A stretch of DNA of 64,000 nt from Bacteroidia bacterium (GTDB taxonomy: Bacteria; Bacteroidota; Bacteroidia; NS11-12g; UBA955): contig JAMNXP010000002.1 of NCBI GenBank assembly GCA_023653095.1, positions 80,910-144,909 of the forward strand. Direction: 5' to 3'. A program made the position numbers and the translations under genes. Under the pieces are notes generated by a model. It was not told where the DNA came from and searched no databases. It worked only from the letters and a program-made list of their open reading frames with translations. Below, piece after piece: positions 18,701 to 26,905 of the stretch (the first letter of the stretch is position 1; each line of letters opens with the position of its first letter).

Positions 18701-20699
18701 AGTGAGGGTAAATCCTATGCCCGTCCCCCGAATAGCAGTGAATGATTCTGAGCAATGTTTGTTTGGGAATAAATTTGATTTTCGAGCTCTGAGTTCGATA
18801 GAAGAAGGGAATATGGCTTCTCAGTGGCTCTTGATGGACGGTTTTGCAACGGTGCAGAAGCAGTTTTCTCATTCATTCAATAAAGATTCATTCTATTGGG
18901 TGAAATTGATAGAAACATCGGATCAAGGTTGTATAGATTCGGTTTCGAAGTGGGTGGTTACACATCCGCATCCCATCATAGAGTTTACCATTAACGATAC
19001 GTTGCAGTGTTTGAGGCAGAATCAATTTGATATCACCAATTATACCCGGGTAAAATACGGTCTTTCTTGGGGACAGTGGGATTTTGGGGACAGTAAATTG
19101 GATACGAATTATGAAGTGTCACATAAGTACACCAAGCATGGTAGATATCCCATTGTCATGAGTGCCATCACCAATCATGGATGTGCAGATACTTCCACGC
19201 AATGGGTGAGGGTAGGTGCTATGCCCTCTGCTGATTTTTATACAAATGATCAGGGCCAGTGTTTCAGAGATCAAGATTTTATTTTTTTAAATCAAACGAG
19301 TATTCTTGAAGGCACCTATGATTTAACTTGGAATTTCGGTGGGGTTTCTTTTGTGAAGTCAAATCTGGATCAGAAATACACTTTCACTGATACAGGTGCG
19401 CATTTTGTTAGGTTAGTGGCCGTTTCTGACTTGGATTGTATTGATTCTGTAACACAATTTCTATTTGTCAATCCCAATCCCAAAAGTGTATTGCAAGTGA
19501 ATGACAGCGATCAATGCATCAATAGTCAGAATTTTGTTTTTGCGGCTTCGAGCAACATCAGTCGAGGTAAAATCATTGCTCATCAATGGAACTTAGATGA
19601 GGGAGATGTGAGAATGAACGGTGGTTCAATTGAATCAAAAATGTATGCAAATTCTGGATTTAAAACCGTTCGATTGGTGAATATTTCTGATAGTGGTTGT
19701 GTAGACAGTGCGAAGCAAGTGATTCGCGTCTATCCTCGTCCTACAGCTATTATTGGTATTAATGACAGCGCACAATGTTTGTTTCAAAATCAATACGTTT
19801 TTAATAATTTGAGCACTGATTCATTCAGTTTAATCAGGCAATGGTGGGATATCAATGGCGAAAAATCAGAGATATTGCCATTGGTTAATTACAAATTTGA
19901 TTATCCGGGCTATAAGCGAGTTTATTTGAATGTGGAGAGTTCTGTTGGATGTTTTGACTCTGTAAGTCGAGCTGTTTTTGTGAAACCCATGCCAGATCCT
20001 GTTTTTGCACCTTTAAGGGAATATTATTGTGAGGGTTCTGGGAATTATCCAATGCTTGCAAATGTTGCGGGAGGTGATTTTTACGGAAAGAATATGGTTG
20101 GAAGTAATTTGATTCCTTCGGTTTTATGGAAGGATACAATCAAATATGTAGTTTCCGTTAATGGATGCACAGATAGTTCCAGTCAAACTACGTGGATTTA
20201 TCCGTATCCAAGGGTTAATTTGGGGGCGGATAGTATTTTGTGTAAAGATGAACTCTTGGAGTTGAGCATTGACAATTGGAATACCCAATACACTTGGGAT
20301 GACGGCAGTAGACTTCCTTCTCGAAGAATAGTTAATCCGGGACTATATTGGGTAACAGCTACCAATATTTGTGGTGTGGCAAAAGATAGTATTCATATTG
20401 TTTTTAGAGACCACAATTGCAGGGTTTATTGCCCAACGGCATTTACTCCAAATGCAGATGGTAGGAATGAATATTTTAGGCCCATTGTTTATAATGTTGA
20501 GGACTTGACTTATACCATTTATAATAGATGGGGAGAGAAGTTATTTGAAGGTACCAAAGACGACCAAGGGTGGGACGGTAGTTTCGGTGGCTTGCCTGTT
20601 CAGTCAGGCAGTTATATTGTAATGTACAGCTACAGATATAAGAGTGGAATCAGGTTGTTGCGGGGTTCAGAACAAGTGGTATTTCATCTTATGCGTTAA
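12777..20699 (+). CDS. Giant cell-surface protein with more than 25 PKD-like repeats and a gliding-motility-associated C-terminal domain (T9SS type-B sorting domain)
   Basis: Signal peptide MKKLQKIASSIAVFCTFCQLFLTINTSKAQ. A ~85-90 aa unit recurs many times (..C..F.F.D.S...W.FGDG..S...NP.H.Y...G.Y.V.L...S..GC.D.....I.V.P.P.A.F). The C-terminus YCPTAFTPNADGRNEYFRPIV...RWGEKLFEG..GWDGSFGG matches the CHU_C/gliding C-terminal domain. The ORF-track start at 12765 is a TTG. Confidence 0.85.
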   Translation: MKKLQKIASSIAVFCTFCQLFLTINTSKAQCNAGFSYDTLLCTGKNISFSANSSASGLKYQWEFGDPASGALNTDTLKNTKHSFSKRGTYLVTLIVTNSSGCRDSVSKTITVYKNPVAQFSYSNACAGLKTSFENKSTGDSIDKIKSYFWNFESGSTSGDSSPSYSFSSTGSKTVKLRIESKSGCKDSLSVVIQVFDKPSATLAGKKVCQNSTFAFSADAKTGVSAYTWNFGDSSNYTQQNVNHVYQKLGWMKPSLTVTYSSTKCIILLDSIKVNPLPNANFDIVNDTQCFNGNEVCVKLKHDLSITKRNIIFDDGFNDDFSSIKDSIICHKYIDKDGGTYSITVELTDSNSCSRTVKKDSVVVIYPQLKASFSHPSSVGCFGLGVKFLNTSNRDSAAVKTTTWIWGDSSSSNKPHYKPSHGFKKDGIFYVKLALTDTFGCTDTFTSPNKIQNTSYVVDAKLDSISSQCARNNATFFYQTPISGASIVWQIPYQSNSFQFSYNYRTPGIYKPRVTISKNGCDSTLMLDSILIRGPVARMNVVNQFQCQVKDTVYFTNASSAFYNGYLQSYWDAGDQWAPNCVINRKAGQNVGKNCNFSRDSLSFKHRYKDGKEGCYNARLIVKDTVHGCSDTAYEPLPLMAPKAAGTFTPSDTNACPGPEFYKTITFDLNKSEPVCKKLNWWVMWDSLQARNTSNFDSNWIQNSISYNYKVGVPVGDSNGYVSIGLVIENGSDTAGNVCRDTAWYHKAIKVTKLDAKFNTQFEDSLHFCPGDSIWFRVKDTAQSAGIKFTWDFGDSRTLTTTKVDTVRHAYQKSGSYWVRLTAVHPNGCTIYEERYISIGFKPELFVHKTLICAKVDSFRLTENTKYYHLEQNSAGIFSNPQRYQAGKEQIKYDLGDGSGYQYLGKNPVFSYNKPGVYTISMAVKDSMGCRDTLKNHLILNVSGIYAGFNLPSDTVLCPQTLKINSTAKVADTSGASLSGDVITGWEYTFGGTYPKSLFENPNRYFATGDYPIVQIVRNNRGCTDTARKLMVVVGPEPKFNFLSDSVGCEPLKVKFDNLSRNADEYIWRFNDKNNNVLTTQSDSNVTLSFQGYGFYYPQLVARGTFKINGNTKVCEAIYPDTSKLLRRTVEVWEKPRANMFWVTNCKNYTTQFYDITSLNTGYVAESMWLFGDTSLGSDKLHPFKSWGDTGTYAVRHIVISNKGCVDTVDRTVKVSPPPVAYFSFTSSCIGESTQFYDSTEAFNDYIDYRNWTFGDGSRSGALNPLKTYANDQNYTVNLVVRNSAGCFDTATRDVLIYSRPVPNFSASSVCFGDSTRFLNSSTSKQTIDSILWSYDDSSYFGGWQQKHKYKYPDNFRVKLKLRTIHGCKDSVSRWAFVYHIPQAKIQFTADSVQCFTQHVLKAVDISSVKVGSTTSRWQLGNVNPFVNYTTTNISHRFNDTGTYAMRLISVSNYGCRDTVFSKFKILPSVVPNFSINQDWQCFRGNEFTFSDLSSLKKGSFTAQWTYSDGTRSNVINSSGSVKYSFKDTGYQWAMLRTLTDQGCSDTLFKSVRLLPMPKANFNINDSIQCIKNQYFEFANTSSIFWGNLSYFWSLGNSVQSTLTSPTANYPDTGYWNIRLIATSAFQCKDTVHKRVNVVDMPVPKFSINDSSQCWKQNQFKFTNNSTDSRGGIKAYWSFGDGTGDSGSSVNHVYANYGNRSVRLIAQTIHGCRDSLRKNVFVRAMPLPAFSINDSDQCINNQQFIFTNQSTIPVGLSSVSWKFKGDSLLKGNSIGVHFSRDTTFTMRLISESDYGCIDSIDRKIVVFPKPTPLFEIVNDSQCLSGNLFEFKSLSKIKYGSMTYDWQFGDGNGTFSSVSPAHSYVDDAHYRVSMLATSNNGCTDTVSKGLDVWPMPVADFTFNDSAQCLEQNYYKFTNTSKVKFGTMTYWWNLGEGSIGDTFNLTSPGYFYSYSGFKRAFLRAKSNHGCIDTVSRVVRVNPMPVPRIAVNDSEQCLFGNKFDFRALSSIEEGNMASQWLLMDGFATVQKQFSHSFNKDSFYWVKLIETSDQGCIDSVSKWVVTHPHPIIEFTINDTLQCLRQNQFDITNYTRVKYGLSWGQWDFGDSKLDTNYEVSHKYTKHGRYPIVMSAITNHGCADTSTQWVRVGAMPSADFYTNDQGQCFRDQDFIFLNQTSILEGTYDLTWNFGGVSFVKSNLDQKYTFTDTGAHFVRLVAVSDLDCIDSVTQFLFVNPNPKSVLQVNDSDQCINSQNFVFAASSNISRGKIIAHQWNLDEGDVRMNGGSIESKMYANSGFKTVRLVNISDSGCVDSAKQVIRVYPRPTAIIGINDSAQCLFQNQYVFNNLSTDSFSLIRQWWDINGEKSEILPLVNYKFDYPGYKRVYLNVESSVGCFDSVSRAVFVKPMPDPVFAPLREYYCEGSGNYPMLANVAGGDFYGKNMVGSNLIPSVLWKDTIKYVVSVNGCTDSSSQTTWIYPYPRVNLGADSILCKDELLELSIDNWNTQYTWDDGSRLPSRRIVNPGLYWVTATNICGVAKDSIHIVFRDHNCRVYCPTAFTPNADGRNEYFRPIVYNVEDLTYTIYNRWGEKLFEGTKDDQGWDGSFGGLPVQSGSYIVMYSYRYKSGIRLLRGSEQVVFHLMR

Positions 20700-20833
20700 G
20701 TTATGGTAACATAACATTCGTCATTTAATGCATAATTTCATAAGATAGAATAAGATTTAGTAGCACCTTCTGATGAACGGTGTGTATATGGTGGTGATTA
20801 ATTTAACTTTGATCTCAGGTGAATGAAAAAAGG

Positions 20834-20880
20834 AGGGGCTAAGGTTCTTGATTTGGTTAACCAGCCCCTTTCTTTTTTTA
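20834..20880 (+). terminator. Candidate intrinsic terminator ~135 nt downstream of the giant gene
   Basis: AGGGGCT ... AGCCCCT 7-bp stem (loop contains the palindrome GGTTAACC) followed by TTCTTTTTTTaaag. Confidence 0.4.
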
Positions 20881-21142
20881 AAGTATCACTACGAGTTAAG
20901 CAAATGATGAATAGCAACAAATATCTAGAACAAGAAAATAGGGGTTCGAAAAATACCAGTCGAAAACTGAAACGCAATACGGCCAAAGGGGTCTATTTAT
21001 TTTCTTTTTTGGCGATGATTGTAGGGTTCATGAGTTCATTATGGGTTGCTCTATTTATTCAACCCGTCGCTATAGTTTCTATCTATTACATCTATGTTTT
21101 TAGAGCTCGTAAGATGTATCAAATCAACGCATTCCCTGTTGC

Positions 21143-22405
21143 TTACGCAATAGGTATTAGTTTACATATTTTGCTGAGTTTACTGTTATTTGTTTGGTTG
21201 GTAACATCTTCTTTTTGAAGTTGTTGAATGATTTCATTTGGAGATAGATCCATGTGCTTTTTAAACGTACGGAGCATGGTGCTATTTGATCCAAAGCCAG
21301 CGGTTTCACCCAGTGATTCGATTGTATGATTTAGGTGTTTCTTTTGTGAAAGCAGGTTTATCATTTTGACCATTCTGATAAAATTTTTATATCCATGAAA
21401 TCCAAATTCTTGATAATACCTGAATAGGAACTTTAAGTGGTGGACTGGTATTTTGGTATTTTTACTTAATTGTTCTAAGGTGAATGCATCATAGTTAAAT
21501 TCTGATTTTGAACACGCATATTCTTGGATGGTTTCCATGATCAATGTGAGATTGGTATTCTCAGTAAATTGATTTTGTTCGTTTGTTGGATTTATCCAAC
21601 CTGCAATTTCTAATTGGTATGGGAAAACACTTGGAGCAGTTTTTTTTGTTAATTTCCAATTAGGTAACCCAATAAGGATCTGAGGTTTTAACCATACGTA
21701 GACTACCATCATTAATAAATACATGTTTTTTACAATGAGGTGTTGAGTATTGGTGATAATTGGTCTATTGAGCCAAAACGCGGTGAATACTTCCTTGCAG
21801 AGTAACAAATAAAACAATGTAAAGGGAACCATTTGAAGCATGACCCAAATTCCTGTCTCTTTTCCATGAATACCCAAGAAAGTCCCCTGTGAAATGCCTA
21901 TTATAAAATTGCGGTAAATTATGAACAGATAAGGAAAAGCAATGATGACCCATAATACATAAAAATATTTAGCATGAAGCAGCATCTTTAATTCGTGAAC
22001 CAACTGATCGTATATAAACGTGGTTTTAGCAATTGTGGGTTGTTGTTTGTAAATAGCGAAACTAATAAGAGCGATTAAAAACACAATTATTCCAGGTATG
22101 AAGTGCCAAATGTATTTCTTTTCCCAATGAAGTTCATCTGTGATTAGGGCTCTGTGATATAGAAAAACACTTGCTGGAACCACAAATTGGAATCCTAAAA
22201 ACAAGTAAAAAGGGAAAATAGTAATGTCTAATACGTCTAGGTTAATAAGTCCCTGAGAAAAATTCCTAATGCTAAGTGCAAAAATGATGATTGAGAGCAG
22301 TTTTGAAAGGTATGGGTTATCCTTTCCCGTGAAGAAAAGATAAACGGCGGCACTTAAACCAAGGGTAGAAATAAATAAGTTTATACAATTTAGGATTTCA
22401 TGCAT
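21143..22405 (-). CDS. Membrane-anchored AraC-family transcriptional regulator (multi-TM N-terminal domain + C-terminal AraC HTH)
   Basis: About 8 hydrophobic helices in the first 270 aa. The C-terminal ~100 aa carry AraC-type HTH signatures (..LGETAGFGSNSTMLRTFKKHMDLSPNE..). Confidence 0.65.
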   Translation of the reverse strand: MHEILNCINLFISTLGLSAAVYLFFTGKDNPYLSKLLSIIIFALSIRNFSQGLINLDVLDITIFPFYLFLGFQFVVPASVFLYHRALITDELHWEKKYIWHFIPGIIVFLIALISFAIYKQQPTIAKTTFIYDQLVHELKMLLHAKYFYVLWVIIAFPYLFIIYRNFIIGISQGTFLGIHGKETGIWVMLQMVPFTLFYLLLCKEVFTAFWLNRPIITNTQHLIVKNMYLLMMVVYVWLKPQILIGLPNWKLTKKTAPSVFPYQLEIAGWINPTNEQNQFTENTNLTLIMETIQEYACSKSEFNYDAFTLEQLSKNTKIPVHHLKFLFRYYQEFGFHGYKNFIRMVKMINLLSQKKHLNHTIESLGETAGFGSNSTMLRTFKKHMDLSPNEIIQQLQKEDVTNQTNNSKLSKICKLIPIA

Positions 22406-22425
22406 ATTGCGAATAAAACGTATAT

Positions 22426-23124
22426 TTACGCAATAGAGAACCTAGAAATAAGAGTTTTTTTACCTGATTTCGAGGCTTTCACGCTTTCACCATTATGAAG
22501 GAGAACTTGATTCCCTGAAAGACTATTAATATGTTTTATGTGTACAGCAAACGACCGGTGTGTTCGAATAAAACACTTTGGAAGTTGCTCCAACAACTTT
22601 TTGAGATTTTTTGAAACTATGTACTGTTTATTGATTGAATGAACTTTGGTATACGCTCCTAAGCCCTCAAGAACGGTAATGTTATTGAGATTGATAAAAG
22701 TGCTCTCCCCACGGTCTTTAACAACGAAATACTCACCTACAACCATGTCGGTATGGTCAATTTCAAGAGCTTTTTTGCACCTGTCAATGCAAGATTCTAA
22801 ATCTAAAAGACTTTCTATTTTCTGCAGATAATCATTTACTTGGAATTCACTTTGATTTCTAATAATCAATGATGCCCAATTAAAAAATGGGTCAATGATC
22901 ACCAAGTACGAAGAATTGAATTTTTTGAGATAGACCAAAATCAATTCTTCAGACATGTTTTCTGTATCTAGTAAAATCAGGGCTTTTTTATTCTGTGAAA
23001 TTGCTGTCTCACAATCTGTAACATGATTTTCGTTTAGTATAGAAATCGAATGACTACTTTCTATTGAAAATTGTTTCCATTTATTGGTATTATTGTGATG
23101 AGTAATGAAGTAAATTTTGATCAT
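22426..23124 (-). CDS. LytTR-family DNA-binding protein (atypical or degenerate N-terminal receiver-like domain)
   Basis: C-terminal LytTR domain (..FINLNNITVLEGLGAYTKVHSINKQYIVSKNLKKLLEQLPKCFIRTHRSFAVHIKHINSL). The N-terminal ~110 aa are receiver-like but poorly conserved. Confidence 0.65.
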   Translation of the reverse strand: MIKIYFITHHNNTNKWKQFSIESSHSISILNENHVTDCETAISQNKKALILLDTENMSEELILVYLKKFNSSYLVIIDPFFNWASLIIRNQSEFQVNDYLQKIESLLDLESCIDRCKKALEIDHTDMVVGEYFVVKDRGESTFINLNNITVLEGLGAYTKVHSINKQYIVSKNLKKLLEQLPKCFIRTHRSFAVHIKHINSLSGNQVLLHNGESVKASKSGKKTLISRFSIA

Positions 23125-23298
23125 ATTAGAAGGTTTGTATTCTTTTAATTACACAAACTTCGTCATTGTGTATTATCTTATTATTCTCCTTTTAAAATTC
23201 TTATGTAGGATTATGCCGTTGGAGGTTAATCGACTGTAATTTATGGTAAAAGTTATGGAAAGTTATGATTGTAGAATATTCTCTATTACCTTAGCCGT

Positions 23299-25227
23299 AT
23301 GAATTTGCTTATTACGACACAGCGATTGAGAGATTATAGGCACAATTTCCTTGTTCTCATATTGTTATCTTTTGTGATGGTAAACTGCGTGAAGAATACC
23401 GGAGTATCTTTTGAGTCATACATGAAAAAAAAATGCACCAATGTAGATAGTATATGGGTTCATTTTGAAAGTCAATCAGACATTATTAAACGTACTGAAT
23501 TTATAATTAATAAATACAATCAGTTAACACAAGTTCCAGGGTTGAATGATTCGGCAGATAAACTATTGAAAAAACTGACCAAATTTGCCAAGTCTAATCC
23601 AGATCCTACGTTTCTTTGTTATTATTTTTCACTTCAAAAAAATATTGCGTTTCATTCAGGAGATATGAAACAAGCTTGGTATTGGCACCATAAAAGAGTT
23701 CCTTTTGAGCCGTTTGCACCCGTCAACAATAAGTTATCAGATGATATTGTATACGGCAATATGCTTTATATGGAGTCAAGAATTGATAGCGCAATTTATG
23801 TTTTGGATAATACATTAAACTTTTCTATTAAGGAAAAAGATACTTTTTACCGGCAAACTATTTTAATTAATCTTGGTTCTGCATATTATGATGTTGGTTT
23901 TTATGGCGCAGCTTCTAGTTGTTTCTCGGAGGCTTCGTTATTTTCATTTCCAACACTAGAATACAAACAAGTACTTTATACCAACTTATTGGCTTCCTTA
24001 AACTCAGAAAGGAAATTCAAGGAGGTTATTAAGATTGCCAAACAGAATCCAGCACTCTTTTCAATGTCAAGTGGAAGGCCTGACATGACACAGTTATTTA
24101 GACTTAATTACATTTCAGCATTATTATCTTCAAAATACGAAGTTTCTGAAGTGAAAAGGCAAATAGATTCTGTGGAAAATTATGCCATTGATGATCAATT
24201 GAAGAGCTTTTATTTGTTTATGAAGGGTCGATATTTTAGAACTATTAATGACTTAGCAAGCTTTAAAAAGCTCTACTTGGATAATCTAACATTTTTATAC
24301 AACAATCAACCAAAGAGCGTCTTAGATCATGCAGAAGGTATTCAGTTTGGACTTTCGAGGGACTTATTTACGGTTGATTTTAATGAGTTTTATAAGGAAT
24401 ATGCCCAGATAACACCTTCAGAAACCAATTATTTGCTGTTATCAAATTACGCCGATATTTTCAATGCAATTAAGAAGCAGCAAGGCAAATTGGCAGAAGC
24501 TAGATCTTGGGAGCAGGAAAGTGATAAATTTTTGCTAAAAATGAGTAAGGTCAGTGATGAACTTAGGAATTCCAATATCCAACAGGAAATGGAAAAAGCG
24601 AAAATTCGTAGGCTTTTGGATGAGCAGAAATATCAAATAGAAAAAGCTGCAATTAAAGGGAATTGGTTGTTAGCCCTTTCTGTAGTTTTTGGTGCCCTGC
24701 TCATCTCTACGGCCTTGTTTCTATACCAGTTTAATATCAATAGAAAGAAACAGTTGAGTATTTTAGAACTTGAATCAGAGTTGAAAGAAAAAGAACTTGA
24801 ATTGCTCAAACAGAATCAAGAAAAACAGCAAAATACGGTTTTTACTTCTAAAATAATTCTCAGTAAAATAGATGAACTTATTGTAAAAATTAGGAATTCC
24901 AATCTTTCAAGTAATCCAACCATGGTTGATATTAAAGTTGAATTGGAACGACTTAAAGATGTAGAATTGCCATTCGAAACTGAGAATATTGAGCAATCTG
25001 ATATCTTTGAAAAATACCAATACCTTACTGAGAAATTCCCTTCCTTGGCCGATATCAATTCAACCACTTACAAAATTTTGGTTCTGTCAATTTTAGATAA
25101 TGCGCCCAAAGACATTGCTAACCTATTGAACCTGAATACGCAGTATGTTAGAAATGTTCGTTCAAAATTGAAAAAAGAACTTTCAGAAGAACTAGGTGAA
25201 GATTGGGATTGGCCAGATTTGGCCTGA
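23299..25227 (+). CDS. One-component membrane regulator: N-terminal signal/TM, TPR-like domain, single TM helix, coiled coil, C-terminal LuxR-type HTH
   Basis: Hydrophobic N-terminus (FLVLILLSFVMVNCV), a TM helix WLLALSVVFGALLISTALFLY around aa 455-475, and a Lys/Glu-rich coiled coil. The C-terminus TTYKILVLSILDNAPKDIANLLNLNTQYVRNVRSKLKKEL fits the LuxR/GerE HTH pattern. Confidence 0.5.
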   Translation: MNLLITTQRLRDYRHNFLVLILLSFVMVNCVKNTGVSFESYMKKKCTNVDSIWVHFESQSDIIKRTEFIINKYNQLTQVPGLNDSADKLLKKLTKFAKSNPDPTFLCYYFSLQKNIAFHSGDMKQAWYWHHKRVPFEPFAPVNNKLSDDIVYGNMLYMESRIDSAIYVLDNTLNFSIKEKDTFYRQTILINLGSAYYDVGFYGAASSCFSEASLFSFPTLEYKQVLYTNLLASLNSERKFKEVIKIAKQNPALFSMSSGRPDMTQLFRLNYISALLSSKYEVSEVKRQIDSVENYAIDDQLKSFYLFMKGRYFRTINDLASFKKLYLDNLTFLYNNQPKSVLDHAEGIQFGLSRDLFTVDFNEFYKEYAQITPSETNYLLLSNYADIFNAIKKQQGKLAEARSWEQESDKFLLKMSKVSDELRNSNIQQEMEKAKIRRLLDEQKYQIEKAAIKGNWLLALSVVFGALLISTALFLYQFNINRKKQLSILELESELKEKELELLKQNQEKQQNTVFTSKIILSKIDELIVKIRNSNLSSNPTMVDIKVELERLKDVELPFETENIEQSDIFEKYQYLTEKFPSLADINSTTYKILVLSILDNAPKDIANLLNLNTQYVRNVRSKLKKELSEELGEDWDWPDLA

Positions 25228-25246
25228 TAATTTGCCTAATAAAAAA

Positions 25247-25276
25247 AGGCGACCTTTTATGGGGTCGCCTTTCTTT
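25247..25276. terminator. Bidirectional rho-independent terminator between convergent genes
   Basis: Perfect 8-bp stem AGGCGACC / GGTCGCCT, 8-nt loop, flanked by A7 upstream and TTCTTT downstream. It works as hairpin + U-run on both strands. Confidence 0.8.
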
Positions 25277-25294
25277 ATGGAAATTAAAGTTTAA

Positions 25295-26428
25295 CTATGG
25301 ACTTACTAAATTCAAACTCACATTGAAGTAAAATGGGTTGGTCAATGTGTTGGTCATCACATAGGGCTCATCAGACAACAATCCGAATGCACGGTATATT
25401 TCTTTTCCGTTGGTCAATCTATCAACATCGTAACGGTAGTTGATTCTGTACCCTGCCTGAACAGACATCCAGATGAAATCTTTCAAAGAAAATTCATAAA
25501 CGGCTCTCAAACGAATCTCGGCGCGTCTGATTTCCAAGTCTTTATCCCGATGGTCGACATCACGATATAAACGATAAGATTGCCCTTCTAATTCATAACC
25601 TGCAAAAAGCATATTGCGAGAGTTTATGGTTCTTCTCACGTGCGCTCTCGCTGGGAAAAGTACTTCCGATCCCCATTTGTTGGCTGCATCGGTATGATTG
25701 AAGAAGATGATGGGAATGTAGTTCAATTCGCCGGCACGGTAGGTGCGTGCTAGTCCAACTCCCCATTGTTTTCTTTCTGAGGGACGTTTACCGTAAATCA
25801 ACGCAGCAGAGTACTTCATATACTTTGCGGGCATCAAATTCCAATTATAGTCACCGCTCATATCTGCAGATCCTTGGAAAAGCAAGAATTTCTTATCGTT
25901 CAGTGGTTTGAAAACCGTGGTATTTATACCCATGGTTCTCAATCCGTTTGCATACAATGATTTTAGCATGGGATTTTCTACGTAACCCACAGCCAATGGG
26001 CCTTTATCCATGCCATTGTAGCCGCTTTCCCAATAATTGGCTCCCATTTGCCAAACCAACGATGTTTTTGAAATTACGGGAATGTTGCAAGCAAAACGGG
26101 CACCACTAGTGGTAGCGGTCTTTCCATTTTCGGGGAAACCTTCATTCATGTTGTTATTGAAGGTATCTAGGTTCAATTGATAAGGTCCCTGGAAATCAAA
26201 GCCGATGCTGATCAATTTAGCCGGGCTCAAACCTTCAATTTTCGGGGAGCAGTATCTTTTAGCTCCTTTATCGGCAAATCCAACTTCATCATACATCGAA
26301 AAGTCTTCGTCTTCGGTGGTGGTTTCGGGGGATGTTGCGGTGTCTGTTTGTGCCTTTACTGATGTGGTTAGTGCAAAGGCAAAGCAAGCCGCTAGTGCGG
26401 CTTGCTTGTGAAGTTTCAATAATTTCAT
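25295..26428 (-). CDS. Exported hypothetical protein, probable outer-membrane beta-barrel
   Basis: Start taken at internal Met (MKLLKLHKQAALAACFAFALTTSVKAQ signal peptide), which leaves a 4-nt gap to the upstream gene. Tyr/Gly-rich amphipathic beta-strand pattern. No known catalytic motif. Confidence 0.45.
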   Translation of the reverse strand: MKLLKLHKQAALAACFAFALTTSVKAQTDTATSPETTTEDEDFSMYDEVGFADKGAKRYCSPKIEGLSPAKLISIGFDFQGPYQLNLDTFNNNMNEGFPENGKTATTSGARFACNIPVISKTSLVWQMGANYWESGYNGMDKGPLAVGYVENPMLKSLYANGLRTMGINTTVFKPLNDKKFLLFQGSADMSGDYNWNLMPAKYMKYSAALIYGKRPSERKQWGVGLARTYRAGELNYIPIIFFNHTDAANKWGSEVLFPARAHVRRTINSRNMLFAGYELEGQSYRLYRDVDHRDKDLEIRRAEIRLRAVYEFSLKDFIWMSVQAGYRINYRYDVDRLTNGKEIYRAFGLLSDEPYVMTNTLTNPFYFNVSLNLVSP

Positions 26429-26432
26429 GGAA

Positions 26433-26897
26433 TTACTTTTTCTTGACTTCCAAACGTTTCCAAATATCGGTACGACCCAATGCAGAAACTCCAATGTATC
26501 CGCGGATTTCCAAAGAGTTTTTGTCGGTCATTTTAATAGTACAGCTGTATGTACTTCCGTTCAATGGGTCATAAATGGTGCCCTCGGTCCATTCGTCTTT
26601 ACCTGCATACACGAAGTCTTTCAACATTCTATATCCTTTAAGAGGAACGTTTTGAAGGTTTGGATCGGGGTTATTTTTGTCGGTTTTAGGTTGCTTAGTT
26701 ACTGGATCAACAGCTTCTTTAAGCCAAACAATTTTACCGTAATACTTAGCGCCAATTTTCTCCACTTTAACGCGTGCACGTCCGTTGGAAGGTTCCCAAA
26801 CGCCAATAAGTCTGTCGCCAGCGGCATCTTGGTTAACAAAAGAGCTAAGGATGGTGCCGAAGAAAGCGGCAAATGCGATGAATAATATTTTTTTCAT
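26433..26897 (-). CDS. Exported DUF2147-like protein
   Basis: Signal peptide. GxWEPSNGRARVKVEKIGAKYYGKIVWLKEA ... LEIRGYIG resembles the DUF2147 family pattern (recollection only, not verified). Confidence 0.45.
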   Translation of the reverse strand: MKKILFIAFAAFFGTILSSFVNQDAAGDRLIGVWEPSNGRARVKVEKIGAKYYGKIVWLKEAVDPVTKQPKTDKNNPDPNLQNVPLKGYRMLKDFVYAGKDEWTEGTIYDPLNGSTYSCTIKMTDKNSLEIRGYIGVSALGRTDIWKRLEVKKK

Positions 26898-26905
26898 GGG
26901 TTTAA

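Noticed and set aside
20823-21218. 131-aa membrane-protein ORF between the giant gene and the AraC gene
   Set aside because: Its first ~20 codons are a terminator-like hairpin, and its 3' end overlaps the convergent AraC gene by 76 nt. It was not given a feature call; a shorter internal-start version cannot be excluded.
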